Shown piece after piece: positions 18,569 through 26,856 of a stretch of DNA of 64,000 nucleotides (position 1 is its first letter; each line of letters begins with the position of its first letter). This DNA is from an uncultured Gemmatimonadales bacterium (GTDB taxonomy: Bacteria; Gemmatimonadota; Gemmatimonadetes; Gemmatimonadales; GWC2-71-9): positions 257,037-321,036 of the forward strand of contig CAVYSW010000003.1 of the NCBI GenBank assembly GCA_963771275.1, read 5' to 3'. A model generated the notes under the pieces. It was not told the DNA's origin, ran no database searches, and worked only from the letters and a program-made list of their open reading frames with translations. Position numbers and translations under genes: made by a program.

Positions 18569-19849
18569 TCATCGGCCGGCGCTCTCCAACTGACGGATCT
18601 TGAGGACGAGGCCGGTGATCAGCAGGACGATGATGCCCGTGGATACACCGAGCCCGATACGGCGGAACCGGAGGTCGCTCAGCGCAGCATGGCCCCACTT
18701 GACGGCGGTCGCCGTGATCACCAAGCCCTCGTCGACGTGTCGCGACACGGAGTCGGTCACGAACGTGTGCACCGCGTTCCGCGCCTGCAGGAGGGTCGTC
18801 CGCGCGTTGCGGAGATCGAACTGCGGCTGGCTGACCTCCATGCCCGCATGCTCGGCGGCGGCCAGCAGCGAGTCGGCCGTCGCATAGTCGGTGCGCAGCG
18901 AGTCGATCGCGCTCCGCATCGCCGCTGCCGTGATCCCGCCACCCGCCCCCGCGACGTGGCAGCGACCGCAGACCGACCCCGCCGCGACCCCGAGCATCGT
19001 GTCGGACGTGACCGTGATCGCGTGATTGCCGTGGCAGCCGACGCAGCCGGGCACACCGAGCTTCGTGAAGATCGACGAGTGCGGGCTCGCCGCGAAGTAG
19101 TCCGCCATCACGGAGTGGCACTGCCCGCACACGTTGCCCACCCAGCCGACGCCGGGGGGGGCCGCCCCATGATTGCCGTGGCAGTCGTTGCACGTCGGGG
19201 CCGAGCGGTCGCCGTCCACGGACAGGGCGTGCCAGTGCACGCTCTGCTCGTAGCGCTCCAGCTGATCGGTCGGGATCCCGTAGTCACGCATGTAGGTCGT
19301 ATCGGCATGACACGCGCCGCACGTGCGGGCGACGTTCACGGGGTTCACGCTGGAGCGGGGGTCATTGGGCGGGCGAATGCGATGCGCGGGGTGGCAGCTC
19401 ACACAGGTGGCGACTTTCCGATCCGCCATCCCGAGCAGCCGCTGGCCGTGGACCGACGTGGCGTATTCCGCCGCCTGGTCCACGCGCAAGGCCGGATTGT
19501 ACTGCCGCATGAACGCCGCGTCCGAGTGACACCGGCCGCAGACCTGGATGACCTGGCGCCCCACGGGCCGACCCACGAACCCCTTGGCGGGGTCCATCGC
19601 GCCGAACCCGGCCACGGTGGGATCGCCGCCGTGGCAATCCGCGCAGCTGAAGCCGCGGGCCGCGTGAATGTCCTCCTGGAACGCCTTGACCGGCGCGGAA
19701 AGCCGCTCGACGGTCAGCATCTCATGACATGACCGACAGCTGTCTTCGCCACCACCCTGCGCCGCGGCGGGTCGCACCGCAACCACCGTCCCGATCGTCA
19801 CCAGCAGCGGGAGCCACGGGGCTCCCCGCCCGGCATACGCGTTGTTCAT
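18569..19849 (-). CDS. nonaheme cytochrome c with C-terminal TM anchor
   Basis: From ATG 19849 the product is 426 aa. It has a signal peptide, 9 CxxCH motifs, a helical region and the C-terminal TM helix IGLGVSTGIIVLLITGLVL. Confidence 0.85.
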   Translation of the reverse strand: MNNAYAGRGAPWLPLLVTIGTVVAVRPAAAQGGGEDSCRSCHEMLTVERLSAPVKAFQEDIHAARGFSCADCHGGDPTVAGFGAMDPAKGFVGRPVGRQVIQVCGRCHSDAAFMRQYNPALRVDQAAEYATSVHGQRLLGMADRKVATCVSCHPAHRIRPPNDPRSSVNPVNVARTCGACHADTTYMRDYGIPTDQLERYEQSVHWHALSVDGDRSAPTCNDCHGNHGAAPPGVGWVGNVCGQCHSVMADYFAASPHSSIFTKLGVPGCVGCHGNHAITVTSDTMLGVAAGSVCGRCHVAGAGGGITAAAMRSAIDSLRTDYATADSLLAAAEHAGMEVSQPQFDLRNARTTLLQARNAVHTFVTDSVSRHVDEGLVITATAVKWGHAALSDLRFRRIGLGVSTGIIVLLITGLVLKIRQLESAGR

Positions 19850-21039
19850 CGTCCGCGCCCCTGCGTCGCAAAGTAGGCCACCAGGTCCGCGACCGCCCCC
19901 GGCTCGAGGGTGGGCCACGTCCGACTCCACGTGCTCTCCGGCAGCGCCACGTGATTCCAGAGCGCCGCGAGCACGGCCGCCCGGGTGCCGAGCCCCAAGC
20001 GCCCGGCGAGATCCCCCGCGCCGCCCGCTCCCGGCCCGCCGAACCCGTGGCACGACAGGCATCCTGCGGAGCGCAGCCGGTCGCGCCCGCGGGCCGCGCT
20101 GCCTTCCCCGGCCAGATACTGCGTCGTGCCAAGATACGCGACGAGGTCCGCCATCTCGGCGCCCGCGAGCTCCGGCACCGCGATGCCCGCCGTTCGCATC
20201 GCCTGGATCATCCCCGGGCTCTTGTTCCACATCGCGGCGGCGAACGCCATCGGGTCGCGGCGCGGCACCGCACCGAGGTCCGGTCCCCGGGTGCCGCCCT
20301 CGCCGCCGACCCGGTGACACCGGACACAGCCTTTCGTGCGGAACAGCGCACGCCCCGCGTCGGCGTTTCCGGGAAGCACGTTCACGGCGCCAGCCTCGGG
20401 AGACGGGCTACCAGCCCGCAGGAACGCGAGCAGGTCGTCCAAGTCCTGCCCGGTGAGGGCGGGCCGGGCGATGCCCCGTTCCTGCATCTCGTGCTCCATC
20501 GTCGCGGCGTGGTTCCAGAACGCTGCCGCGATGTCGATCGGCGACTCCGCGCGCAGACCGTCGAGCCGCGGGCCGATCACCCCGCCGATCCCGCGCGCCT
20601 GATGGCACATGATGCAGCGCTTCTCGCTGAACAGGCGGTGCCCCGCGGCGGAATCGCCGCGCGGGCTCACGTAGCCGGCCCAGAACAGGAACGCGACGAG
20701 ATCCGCCGCCTCCCACGGGGCCACATGCGGGGCGGCCGCGCCGGTCGCCCGCATCCGCGACGCCATGGCGGGGAGGTGGTTCCACATGAGCGCGGCCAGC
20801 CCGTAGACCGACGCGACCCCCCCTACACGGCCCAGATCGGGACCGATCGTCGCCCCGACTCCATTGATCGCGTGGCACCCACTGCATCCCTTGGCCCCGA
20901 ACACGCGTGCGCCCGCCGCGACATTCTGCGCCGGGGTCGTCGCCTCCTGGGCCGATGCGCTGCGCGGGACCAGCACACTGCAGGCGGCCGCGACCGCCAG
21001 GCCGCGGGCCATTCGCGCCGGATGCGAGGAAAAGGGCAT
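19846..21039 (-). CDS. four-domain class I cytochrome c (4 CxxCH)
   Basis: Four repeats of the type CSGCHAINGVGATIGPDLG, CIMCHQARGIGGVIGPRLD, CVRCHRVGGEGGTRGPDLG and CLSCHGFGG. An alternative start is ATG 21012. ATGA overlap with the next gene. Confidence 0.8.
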   Translation of the reverse strand: MPFSSHPARMARGLAVAAACSVLVPRSASAQEATTPAQNVAAGARVFGAKGCSGCHAINGVGATIGPDLGRVGGVASVYGLAALMWNHLPAMASRMRATGAAAPHVAPWEAADLVAFLFWAGYVSPRGDSAAGHRLFSEKRCIMCHQARGIGGVIGPRLDGLRAESPIDIAAAFWNHAATMEHEMQERGIARPALTGQDLDDLLAFLRAGSPSPEAGAVNVLPGNADAGRALFRTKGCVRCHRVGGEGGTRGPDLGAVPRRDPMAFAAAMWNKSPGMIQAMRTAGIAVPELAGAEMADLVAYLGTTQYLAGEGSAARGRDRLRSAGCLSCHGFGGPGAGGAGDLAGRLGLGTRAAVLAALWNHVALPESTWSRTWPTLEPGAVADLVAYFATQGRGR

Positions 21040-21148
21040 GTCACCCCCAAGATTGAAGCTCGCGTCGGGCAAACTTCGGGCGGGGTGGAACGGGGGCAAG
21101 TCTCGCTTGCCCCACTGGGTTCGCGCAAGAGGCCCGGCGACCGATGCG

Positions 21149-21916
21149 CTACGACGCCTGCACCGGACGGCTGGGCCAGGCCGCGGCGAGCAGGGCCGGC
21201 AACGCCTCGCCTGCGCGACCCACCACGTGGTGAATGCGCGGGCCGCTGCGCTGGCCCACAACTACGGTGTTGATCACGATGACCTCCGCGCCCGCCGCCG
21301 CCGCGTGCCACGGCAGCGCCGCGGCGGGCTCGACGAGGTTGGAGGTCCCGACCGACAGGAAGACATCGCACACCGACGCCGCATCCCACGCGGCGCGCAG
21401 CGCCTCGGCCGGCACCGGCTCCCCGAACCACACGACGTCGGGCCGGAGCGGGGCCCCGCACGCCACGCAGCGGGGCGGCACCTCCGGCCCGTCCGCCCAG
21501 CGCTCGACGACGCTGCCGTCGCGCGTGCAGCGCGCGCGCAGGATGTTCCCGTGCAGCTCGAGCACGCGCGTGCTCCCGGCCCGCTGGTGCAGGCCGTCGA
21601 CGTTCTGCGTCACGAGCACACAGGCCGGGGCGAGGCGCTCGAGCTGCGCGAGGGCGCGGTGGCCGGCATTCGGCTCGGCGTGCTGCACGATCGCGCGCCG
21701 CCAGGCGTACCACTCCCACACCAGCCGCGGGTCCCGGGCGAACGCCTCCGGCGTCGCGAGGTCCTCCGGCCGGTAGCGCGCCCACAGTCCGGTGAGCGCG
21801 TCGCGGAACGTGGGAATGCCGCTCTCCGCCGAGATGCCGGCGCCGGTGAGGACGGCAACGTGCCGCGCCGCGCGCAGCCGGTCCGCGCAGGCCGTGAGGA
21901 CCGGGTCATCCATCAC
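21149..21916 (-). CDS. cobB: Sir2-family NAD-dependent protein deacylase
   Basis: GAGISAESGIPTFR and QNVDGLH motifs, with zinc Cys pairs CTRDG..CVACG. Confidence 0.85.
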   Translation of the reverse strand: MMDDPVLTACADRLRAARHVAVLTGAGISAESGIPTFRDALTGLWARYRPEDLATPEAFARDPRLVWEWYAWRRAIVQHAEPNAGHRALAQLERLAPACVLVTQNVDGLHQRAGSTRVLELHGNILRARCTRDGSVVERWADGPEVPPRCVACGAPLRPDVVWFGEPVPAEALRAAWDAASVCDVFLSVGTSNLVEPAAALPWHAAAAGAEVIVINTVVVGQRSGPRIHHVVGRAGEALPALLAAAWPSRPVQAS

Positions 21917-22539
21917 GCCCCAGCCACCCGCTTGACGGCCAGCACCTGCACCACGGCGCCGCGGCCGTGGTGGCGCGGCCCTTCGCGGATGTCGCGCTCG
22001 ATCTCACGGCCGATCACCACCTCGAGCCCGGCGAGCTCACGCCGGGCATCGGCGAGCGTGATGAGCAGCTCGGCCCGGCTCGGGCCCCCGGTGCCGAAGT
22101 GCAGCTGGCGCGGGGTGTACGCTTCGAGCACCAGCGCGCCGCCGGGCCGGAGCGCCCGCCCGACCGCGGGGTAGAGCCGCGCCCGGATCTCCGGAGGCAG
22201 GTGGCAGAAGATCGACGTGACCGCGGCGAACGCGTGGTGCGGAATCGGGAACGCCGCGAGATCGGCGACCACCGCGGCGAGCCCGAGCCCCCGCTCCGCG
22301 GCGAGCCGCCCGGCCTTGGCAAGGCCGACGCGGGAGCGGTCCACGGCGACCACCCGGTGACCGCGCGCGGCCAGGAACGCTGCGTTGCGTCCCTCGCCCT
22401 CGCCGAGGCACAGGACCGGGCCCGGTGGCAGCCGCGGTGCCATCTCGACCAGGAAATCGTTCGGGGCCGTCCCGTATACGAAGCCGGGCGCCGCATAGCG
22501 CTCGTCCCACTCGGTCAGCTGCCGCCCGCGGCCGTTCAC
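21913..22539 (-). CDS. class I SAM-dependent methyltransferase (TehB-like)
   Basis: VLCLGEGEGRNAAFLAARGHRVVAVD is SAM motif I. The start is uncertain: GTG 22539 or ATG 22575. Confidence 0.65.
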   Translation of the reverse strand: MNGRGRQLTEWDERYAAPGFVYGTAPNDFLVEMAPRLPPGPVLCLGEGEGRNAAFLAARGHRVVAVDRSRVGLAKAGRLAAERGLGLAAVVADLAAFPIPHHAFAAVTSIFCHLPPEIRARLYPAVGRALRPGGALVLEAYTPRQLHFGTGGPSRAELLITLADARRELAGLEVVIGREIERDIREGPRHHGRGAVVQVLAVKRVAGA

Positions 22540-22552
22540 CCGGTGCCCCCTG

Positions 22553-23989
22553 TCACGGGAAGGCGGGCGCCGCATCCCGAATGCGCCGCCACGCCGCCTC
22601 CACGTGCGCGCGTTGCGTGAGCGGGGCGCCAAGCGCGAGGCGCAGCACGAGCCGATCGCGCAGGCGGGTGTGCGTGAGGTACAGCGCGCCCGAGGCGTTG
22701 AGCGTATCGAGCAGCCGCTGGTTCACGGCGTCGCCACCCCGATGGCGGAAGCACACCAGATTCACGACCACGGGCGCGGCGACCTCGAACCGCGGATCGT
22801 CCCGGACCCAGCCGGCGAACGCCTGCGCGAGGGCCACGTGGTGCCGGATGTGCCGTTGCAGACCCGCCACGCCGTACCAGCGGATCACGAACCAGAGCTT
22901 GAGCGCGCGGAACCGCCGCCCCAGGGGCACCTGCCAGTCGCGGTAATCGAGCACCGCCCCCGACTCGGTGGCCTTGTTTTTCAGGTACTCCGGCAGGATG
23001 GAGAGCGCGCGGATCAGCGCGGCGCGGTCCGCCACATAGAAGCAGTCGCAGTCGAAGTTCGTGAGCAGCCACTTGTGGGGGTTGACGCAGTAGCTGTCCG
23101 CCAACTCCAGGCCGTCGTGTAGCCAGCGGAACTCGGGACAGATCGCGGCGTTTCCGGCAAGCGCGCCGTCCACGTGGAGCCAGACCCCGTGCCGGCGGCA
23201 GACTTCGCCGAGCGGGCGCACGGGGTCGACCGCGGTGCTCGACGTGGTGCCCACGGTGGCAACGACGCAGCAGGGCGCGCGGCCGGCCGCGCGATCCTCG
23301 CCCAGCGCCGTGTCGAGCGCCTCCGGGCGCATGGCGCCAGCGGCGTCAACGGCAATGCGTCGCAGGTTGCGCCGGCCAAGGCCCGCGATGCCCACGGCCT
23401 TTTCCACCGAAGAGTGCGACTCGCTCGTCGCATAGACCGTGAGCGGACCAGTCACACCGGTCTCGTTGGCGGCGCCGCCGGTAGCGCGCTCGCGGGCGGC
23501 GAGCAGGGCGCAGAGCGTGGCGCTCGACGCGGTATCCTGGATCACCCCGCCGCCCGCCGTGCGGGACGTGAAGCGCTCCGGCAGGCCGAGCATCCCGGCC
23601 ATCCAGTCGAGCACGTGGGTCTCGAGCTCCGTGCAGGCCGGGCTGGTGGCCCAGAGCATCCCCTGTACGCCGAGGCCGGACGCCACCAGGTCGCCCAGGA
23701 TCGCCGGCCCCGAGGCGTTGGCCGGGAAGTAGGCGAAGAAATTGGGGGACTGCCAGTGCGTGATGCCCGGCAGGATCACGCGGTCGAGGTCGCGCAGGAT
23801 CTCGTCGAACGCCTCGCCGTGCTCCGGGGGCGCGGGCGGCAGCGCGGCCCGGACGTCGCCCGGCCGGACGCGCGACAGCACCGGGAACTCGTGCACCCGC
23901 TCCATGTAGCGCGCGACCCACTCGACCGCTTCCCGGCCGCGCCGCCGGAACTCGTCCGGGGTCATGTGGGGCGCGCCGGAGTCAGGCAC
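22553..23989 (-). CDS. PLP-dependent aromatic-L-amino-acid decarboxylase family (group II)
   Basis: ITHWQSPNFFAYFPANAS.. and the PLP-lysine context VNPHKWLLTNFDC. ATG 23965 is also a possible start. Confidence 0.85.
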   Translation of the reverse strand: MPDSGAPHMTPDEFRRRGREAVEWVARYMERVHEFPVLSRVRPGDVRAALPPAPPEHGEAFDEILRDLDRVILPGITHWQSPNFFAYFPANASGPAILGDLVASGLGVQGMLWATSPACTELETHVLDWMAGMLGLPERFTSRTAGGGVIQDTASSATLCALLAARERATGGAANETGVTGPLTVYATSESHSSVEKAVGIAGLGRRNLRRIAVDAAGAMRPEALDTALGEDRAAGRAPCCVVATVGTTSSTAVDPVRPLGEVCRRHGVWLHVDGALAGNAAICPEFRWLHDGLELADSYCVNPHKWLLTNFDCDCFYVADRAALIRALSILPEYLKNKATESGAVLDYRDWQVPLGRRFRALKLWFVIRWYGVAGLQRHIRHHVALAQAFAGWVRDDPRFEVAAPVVVNLVCFRHRGGDAVNQRLLDTLNASGALYLTHTRLRDRLVLRLALGAPLTQRAHVEAAWRRIRDAAPAFP

Positions 23990-25265
23990 CGCCGCCGCCT
24001 GTCGGTTGCGGCGCGCCCGCGGCGAGCGCGGCCTGCCGCCGTCCCAGCCACAGCGCGATCGCCAGCCAGGCCGCGGCGAGCGGCACCATCACCCAGGAGA
24101 TCGCCGCGATCCCGAGACCCAGGGCACCCACGAGCAGCCGGTCATACGACCACGCCGCCGTCTGGTCGCCGACCCGGTAGACGAGCGTGTCGTTGAAGTT
24201 CTTCGCCTTGTACTTGTCCTCGCGCGAGACGACGGTGTAGAGCGCTTCCCGAGCGGGACGCCCCACCGCATACTCTCCGGCGCGCCGCAGCACCTGGAAC
24301 ACGACGAAGACGGCCAGCGTGGGCCAGATGCCGAGCGCGACGAAGCCGGCGGCGGTGAGCAGCGGCAGCAGGCCGAGCGTCAGCGGCAGGCCGAGCCACC
24401 GGATGATCCGGCCGGTGAGAAACACCTGGGTGAGCGCGGCGAGCATGTTGACCCAGAGATCGATCCGCGCGAAGAACACCGTGCGGGCCGCCCGGTCCGC
24501 GAACGCCTCGGCGAATCGGGCCTGGTGGAAGTACAGCGCGGTCGAGCCGATGGTGTACAGCAGCATGTACAGCGCGATGCCCAGGAGATAGGGCGAGCGC
24601 AACACGTGCAGCACGCCGGCAAAGGTGCTGCCGCCGATCGGGCGCTCGGGATCGGCGGCCGGTGTCGCAACGCGCGACACCCCCGTCCCGGGCGCGATCA
24701 GCCGCCCGGCGCACTGCACGGCGAGCTCGAGCAGCACCGCCGAGACGAGCAGCAGCTGCACCGGACCGAGCGGCGCCGCGAGCAACGCCGTGGTCTTGGC
24801 GCCGGCTATCGCGCCCACCGTTCCGCCGACAGCGATGAAGCCAAACAGGCGCTTGCCCTGCTCCGAGCGGAACACGTCGACCAGGACGGCCCAGAGCGTC
24901 GACACGATGAACAGATTGAACACGCTGGTCCAGATGAAGAACGCACGGCCCACCCACACCTGTTGATCCGCCGGCACCATCCGCAGCAGCGCGAAGAACA
25001 GCAGCACGTTGAGCAGGAAGAACCGGTAGGTCAGCGTGACGAAGCGCCGGCGCGGCAGCCGGGCCACGAGGGCCGCAAACGGCGTGTGCAGCAGGAGCAT
25101 CGCGACGACCGTGCCCAGGAACAGCCAGGGCAGGTTCCGCACGCCTCCGGCGACCCCCATTTCGTCCCGCAGCGGCCGGATGACGTAGTACGAGGCGAGC
25201 ACGAAGAAGAAGTACGCCGCCGAGAGCAGCAGCGGCCGCAGCTCGTCCGGCCGCACGGCGACCAT
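23982..25265 (-). CDS. TLC/Npt-like (ATP:ADP antiporter family fold) polytopic transporter
   Basis: From ATG 25265: LRPLLLSAAYFFFVLASYYVIRPLRDEMGVA resembles the TLC family N-terminal pattern. The substrate is unknown. Confidence 0.5.
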   Translation of the reverse strand: MVAVRPDELRPLLLSAAYFFFVLASYYVIRPLRDEMGVAGGVRNLPWLFLGTVVAMLLLHTPFAALVARLPRRRFVTLTYRFFLLNVLLFFALLRMVPADQQVWVGRAFFIWTSVFNLFIVSTLWAVLVDVFRSEQGKRLFGFIAVGGTVGAIAGAKTTALLAAPLGPVQLLLVSAVLLELAVQCAGRLIAPGTGVSRVATPAADPERPIGGSTFAGVLHVLRSPYLLGIALYMLLYTIGSTALYFHQARFAEAFADRAARTVFFARIDLWVNMLAALTQVFLTGRIIRWLGLPLTLGLLPLLTAAGFVALGIWPTLAVFVVFQVLRRAGEYAVGRPAREALYTVVSREDKYKAKNFNDTLVYRVGDQTAAWSYDRLLVGALGLGIAAISWVMVPLAAAWLAIALWLGRRQAALAAGAPQPTGGGGA

Positions 25266-25536
25266 GCGGCTCACGACGCGGCCGACGGGGCCGTGCCCGT
25301 CGGACCAAGTCCGCTCAGCCGCCACAGGCGTGCCCGGCCGCCGCGGCGGCGTACCCGAACGACTCCCTGCGGCTCGTCGCCATGCATCTTCTCCGGGGGT
25401 CTGGTGGATCAGAAGTGTGCACCGGAACATGCAGGAACGTCAGGCCCCGGCCTGCTTCCCGGCCGGCGCCTGACGTTCGAGGTATTGCTGCGGCAGGGCC
25501 CACGCGGGCGCCACCGGTCCTACGGCTGCGACGCGA

Positions 25537-25944
25537 TCAGGTCTTGGGTGCGGCGTGGCACAGGGTGCAGGTCTTCACATCCCAGCCCTTGTGGTTCGCC
25601 GGAGCCGCCTTGATCCCCTCCATCGCGCCACCGTGGCACATCAGGCACTGTTCCTTGCCGGCCGGGGAGTGCGCCATCGCGGGCGCGGCCGCCGTCTGCA
25701 TCGGCGAGTCCTTGGCATGGCACATCAGGCACTGGGCGTTGGTACGGCCCTGGTGGTCCTTCGGGGCCGCCTTGATGCCTTCCATGGCCCCACCGTGACA
25801 CATCAGGCACTGCTCTTTCCCCGCTGCGTCATGCGCAATCACCGGGGGCTTCTTGGGCGCCGCGGCCTGTGCCCACGCCGGGGACGCGACAGCGACCGCG
25901 GCGAGCGACAGGCCAAAGGCAAACACGATTCTCACGGCCTTCAT
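25537..25944 (-). CDS. small periplasmic tetraheme cytochrome c
   Basis: 135 aa with a signal peptide. The heme motifs are CLMCH (three times) and CTLCH. The 21-aa segment AGKEQCLMCHGGAMEGIKAAP occurs twice. Confidence 0.85.
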   Translation of the reverse strand: MKAVRIVFAFGLSLAAVAVASPAWAQAAAPKKPPVIAHDAAGKEQCLMCHGGAMEGIKAAPKDHQGRTNAQCLMCHAKDSPMQTAAAPAMAHSPAGKEQCLMCHGGAMEGIKAAPANHKGWDVKTCTLCHAAPKT

Positions 25945-26046
25945 TGTCCGGACCCTCCTCAGAAAGCGTTACATCCGTAAAAAAACGGATGGGGGAGGGG
26001 GCACGCAAGGGCCGCGCACACGCCCCCTCCGTAACCGGGCCAACCT

Positions 26047-26856
26047 TCAGCCGCCGCCCGGGATCGCCGACCCGTGGCAAACCGCGCACATCTCGGGGTT
26101 CTTCTTTCTCATGCGCTCGGCGTCGAACCCCGGGCCGTGCGGGTTGAAGCGGAACTGCTGATTGCCGCCATGGCAGGCGAGGCAGTCGTTCTGGGCGTGG
26201 CAGGAGACGCAGCTTTCGAGGCTCTGCCGTGCCGCCTGGCCGTGGCCGCCGAGAAACGCCTGGTTGCGGTCGTGGAATCCTCCGCGCAGCGCGCCCTTGG
26301 CGGTGAGACCCGCCTGCTGGTGGCACGACGTGCAGAACTGGCCGGTGTTGTGGCAGTTGGCGCACTCTACCTGCTGCGAATACGCCTGCGCGGGGTGCCC
26401 GGCGAGGAATCCGGCGGGGTGGTACCCGCTGGCCCGCGCGGGGTTGGGCCGGTGACACTCGAGGCAGTCGCTCCGGGTGTGGCAGCCGGCGCAGGTTTCG
26501 GCATGCGCGGACGCCTGCGCGCCATGGGTCTCCCGGAAATCGGCCACGTGGGACGCCGGGCGGTGGCGGGAGACCTGGACGCCCATCGCCTTGCCGGATG
26601 CGGCGGGGGCGAACCCGTTCGCGACACTCGGGGTCGCCCGGTGGCAGGTCAGACAGCTTTCCTGCTGGTGACACACCTGGCAGGCCGTCGCGTTCTTGCG
26701 CACCGTCGCGCCGTGGGTCTGGAGGAACGCGGGGTCCTTATGCGTGCTGGGGGCGCTGATCTGCGCGACCAGCGCGGCCGGAGCCAGCAGCGCGAGCGCC
26801 GCGACCAGGGTCGCGCCGCGCAGCTGCGCGGCGCGCGGGGTTTGGAGCCGTGTCAT
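26047..26856 (-). CDS. periplasmic nonaheme cytochrome c with paired CxxCH-x4-CxxCH motifs
   Basis: 269 aa with a signal peptide and 9 CxxCH motifs, several of them doubled (CQVCHQQESCLTCH, CAGCHTRSDCLECH, CVSCHAQNDCLACH). Confidence 0.85.
   Translation of the reverse strand: MTRLQTPRAAQLRGATLVAALALLAPAALVAQISAPSTHKDPAFLQTHGATVRKNATACQVCHQQESCLTCHRATPSVANGFAPAASGKAMGVQVSRHRPASHVADFRETHGAQASAHAETCAGCHTRSDCLECHRPNPARASGYHPAGFLAGHPAQAYSQQVECANCHNTGQFCTSCHQQAGLTAKGALRGGFHDRNQAFLGGHGQAARQSLESCVSCHAQNDCLACHGGNQQFRFNPHGPGFDAERMRKKNPEMCAVCHGSAIPGGG

Noticed and set aside
21149-21916. The Sir2-domain protein as a possible anti-phage defense effector (Thoeris or DSR-like). The macro domain at 7143-7646 was considered as its partner.
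   Set aside because: The protein is a compact canonical CobB-type sirtuin (GAGISAESGIPTFR, QNVDGLH, zinc ribbon). It has no extra sensor or effector domains and sits in a metabolic operon. The macro gene is 14 kb away in a different operon.
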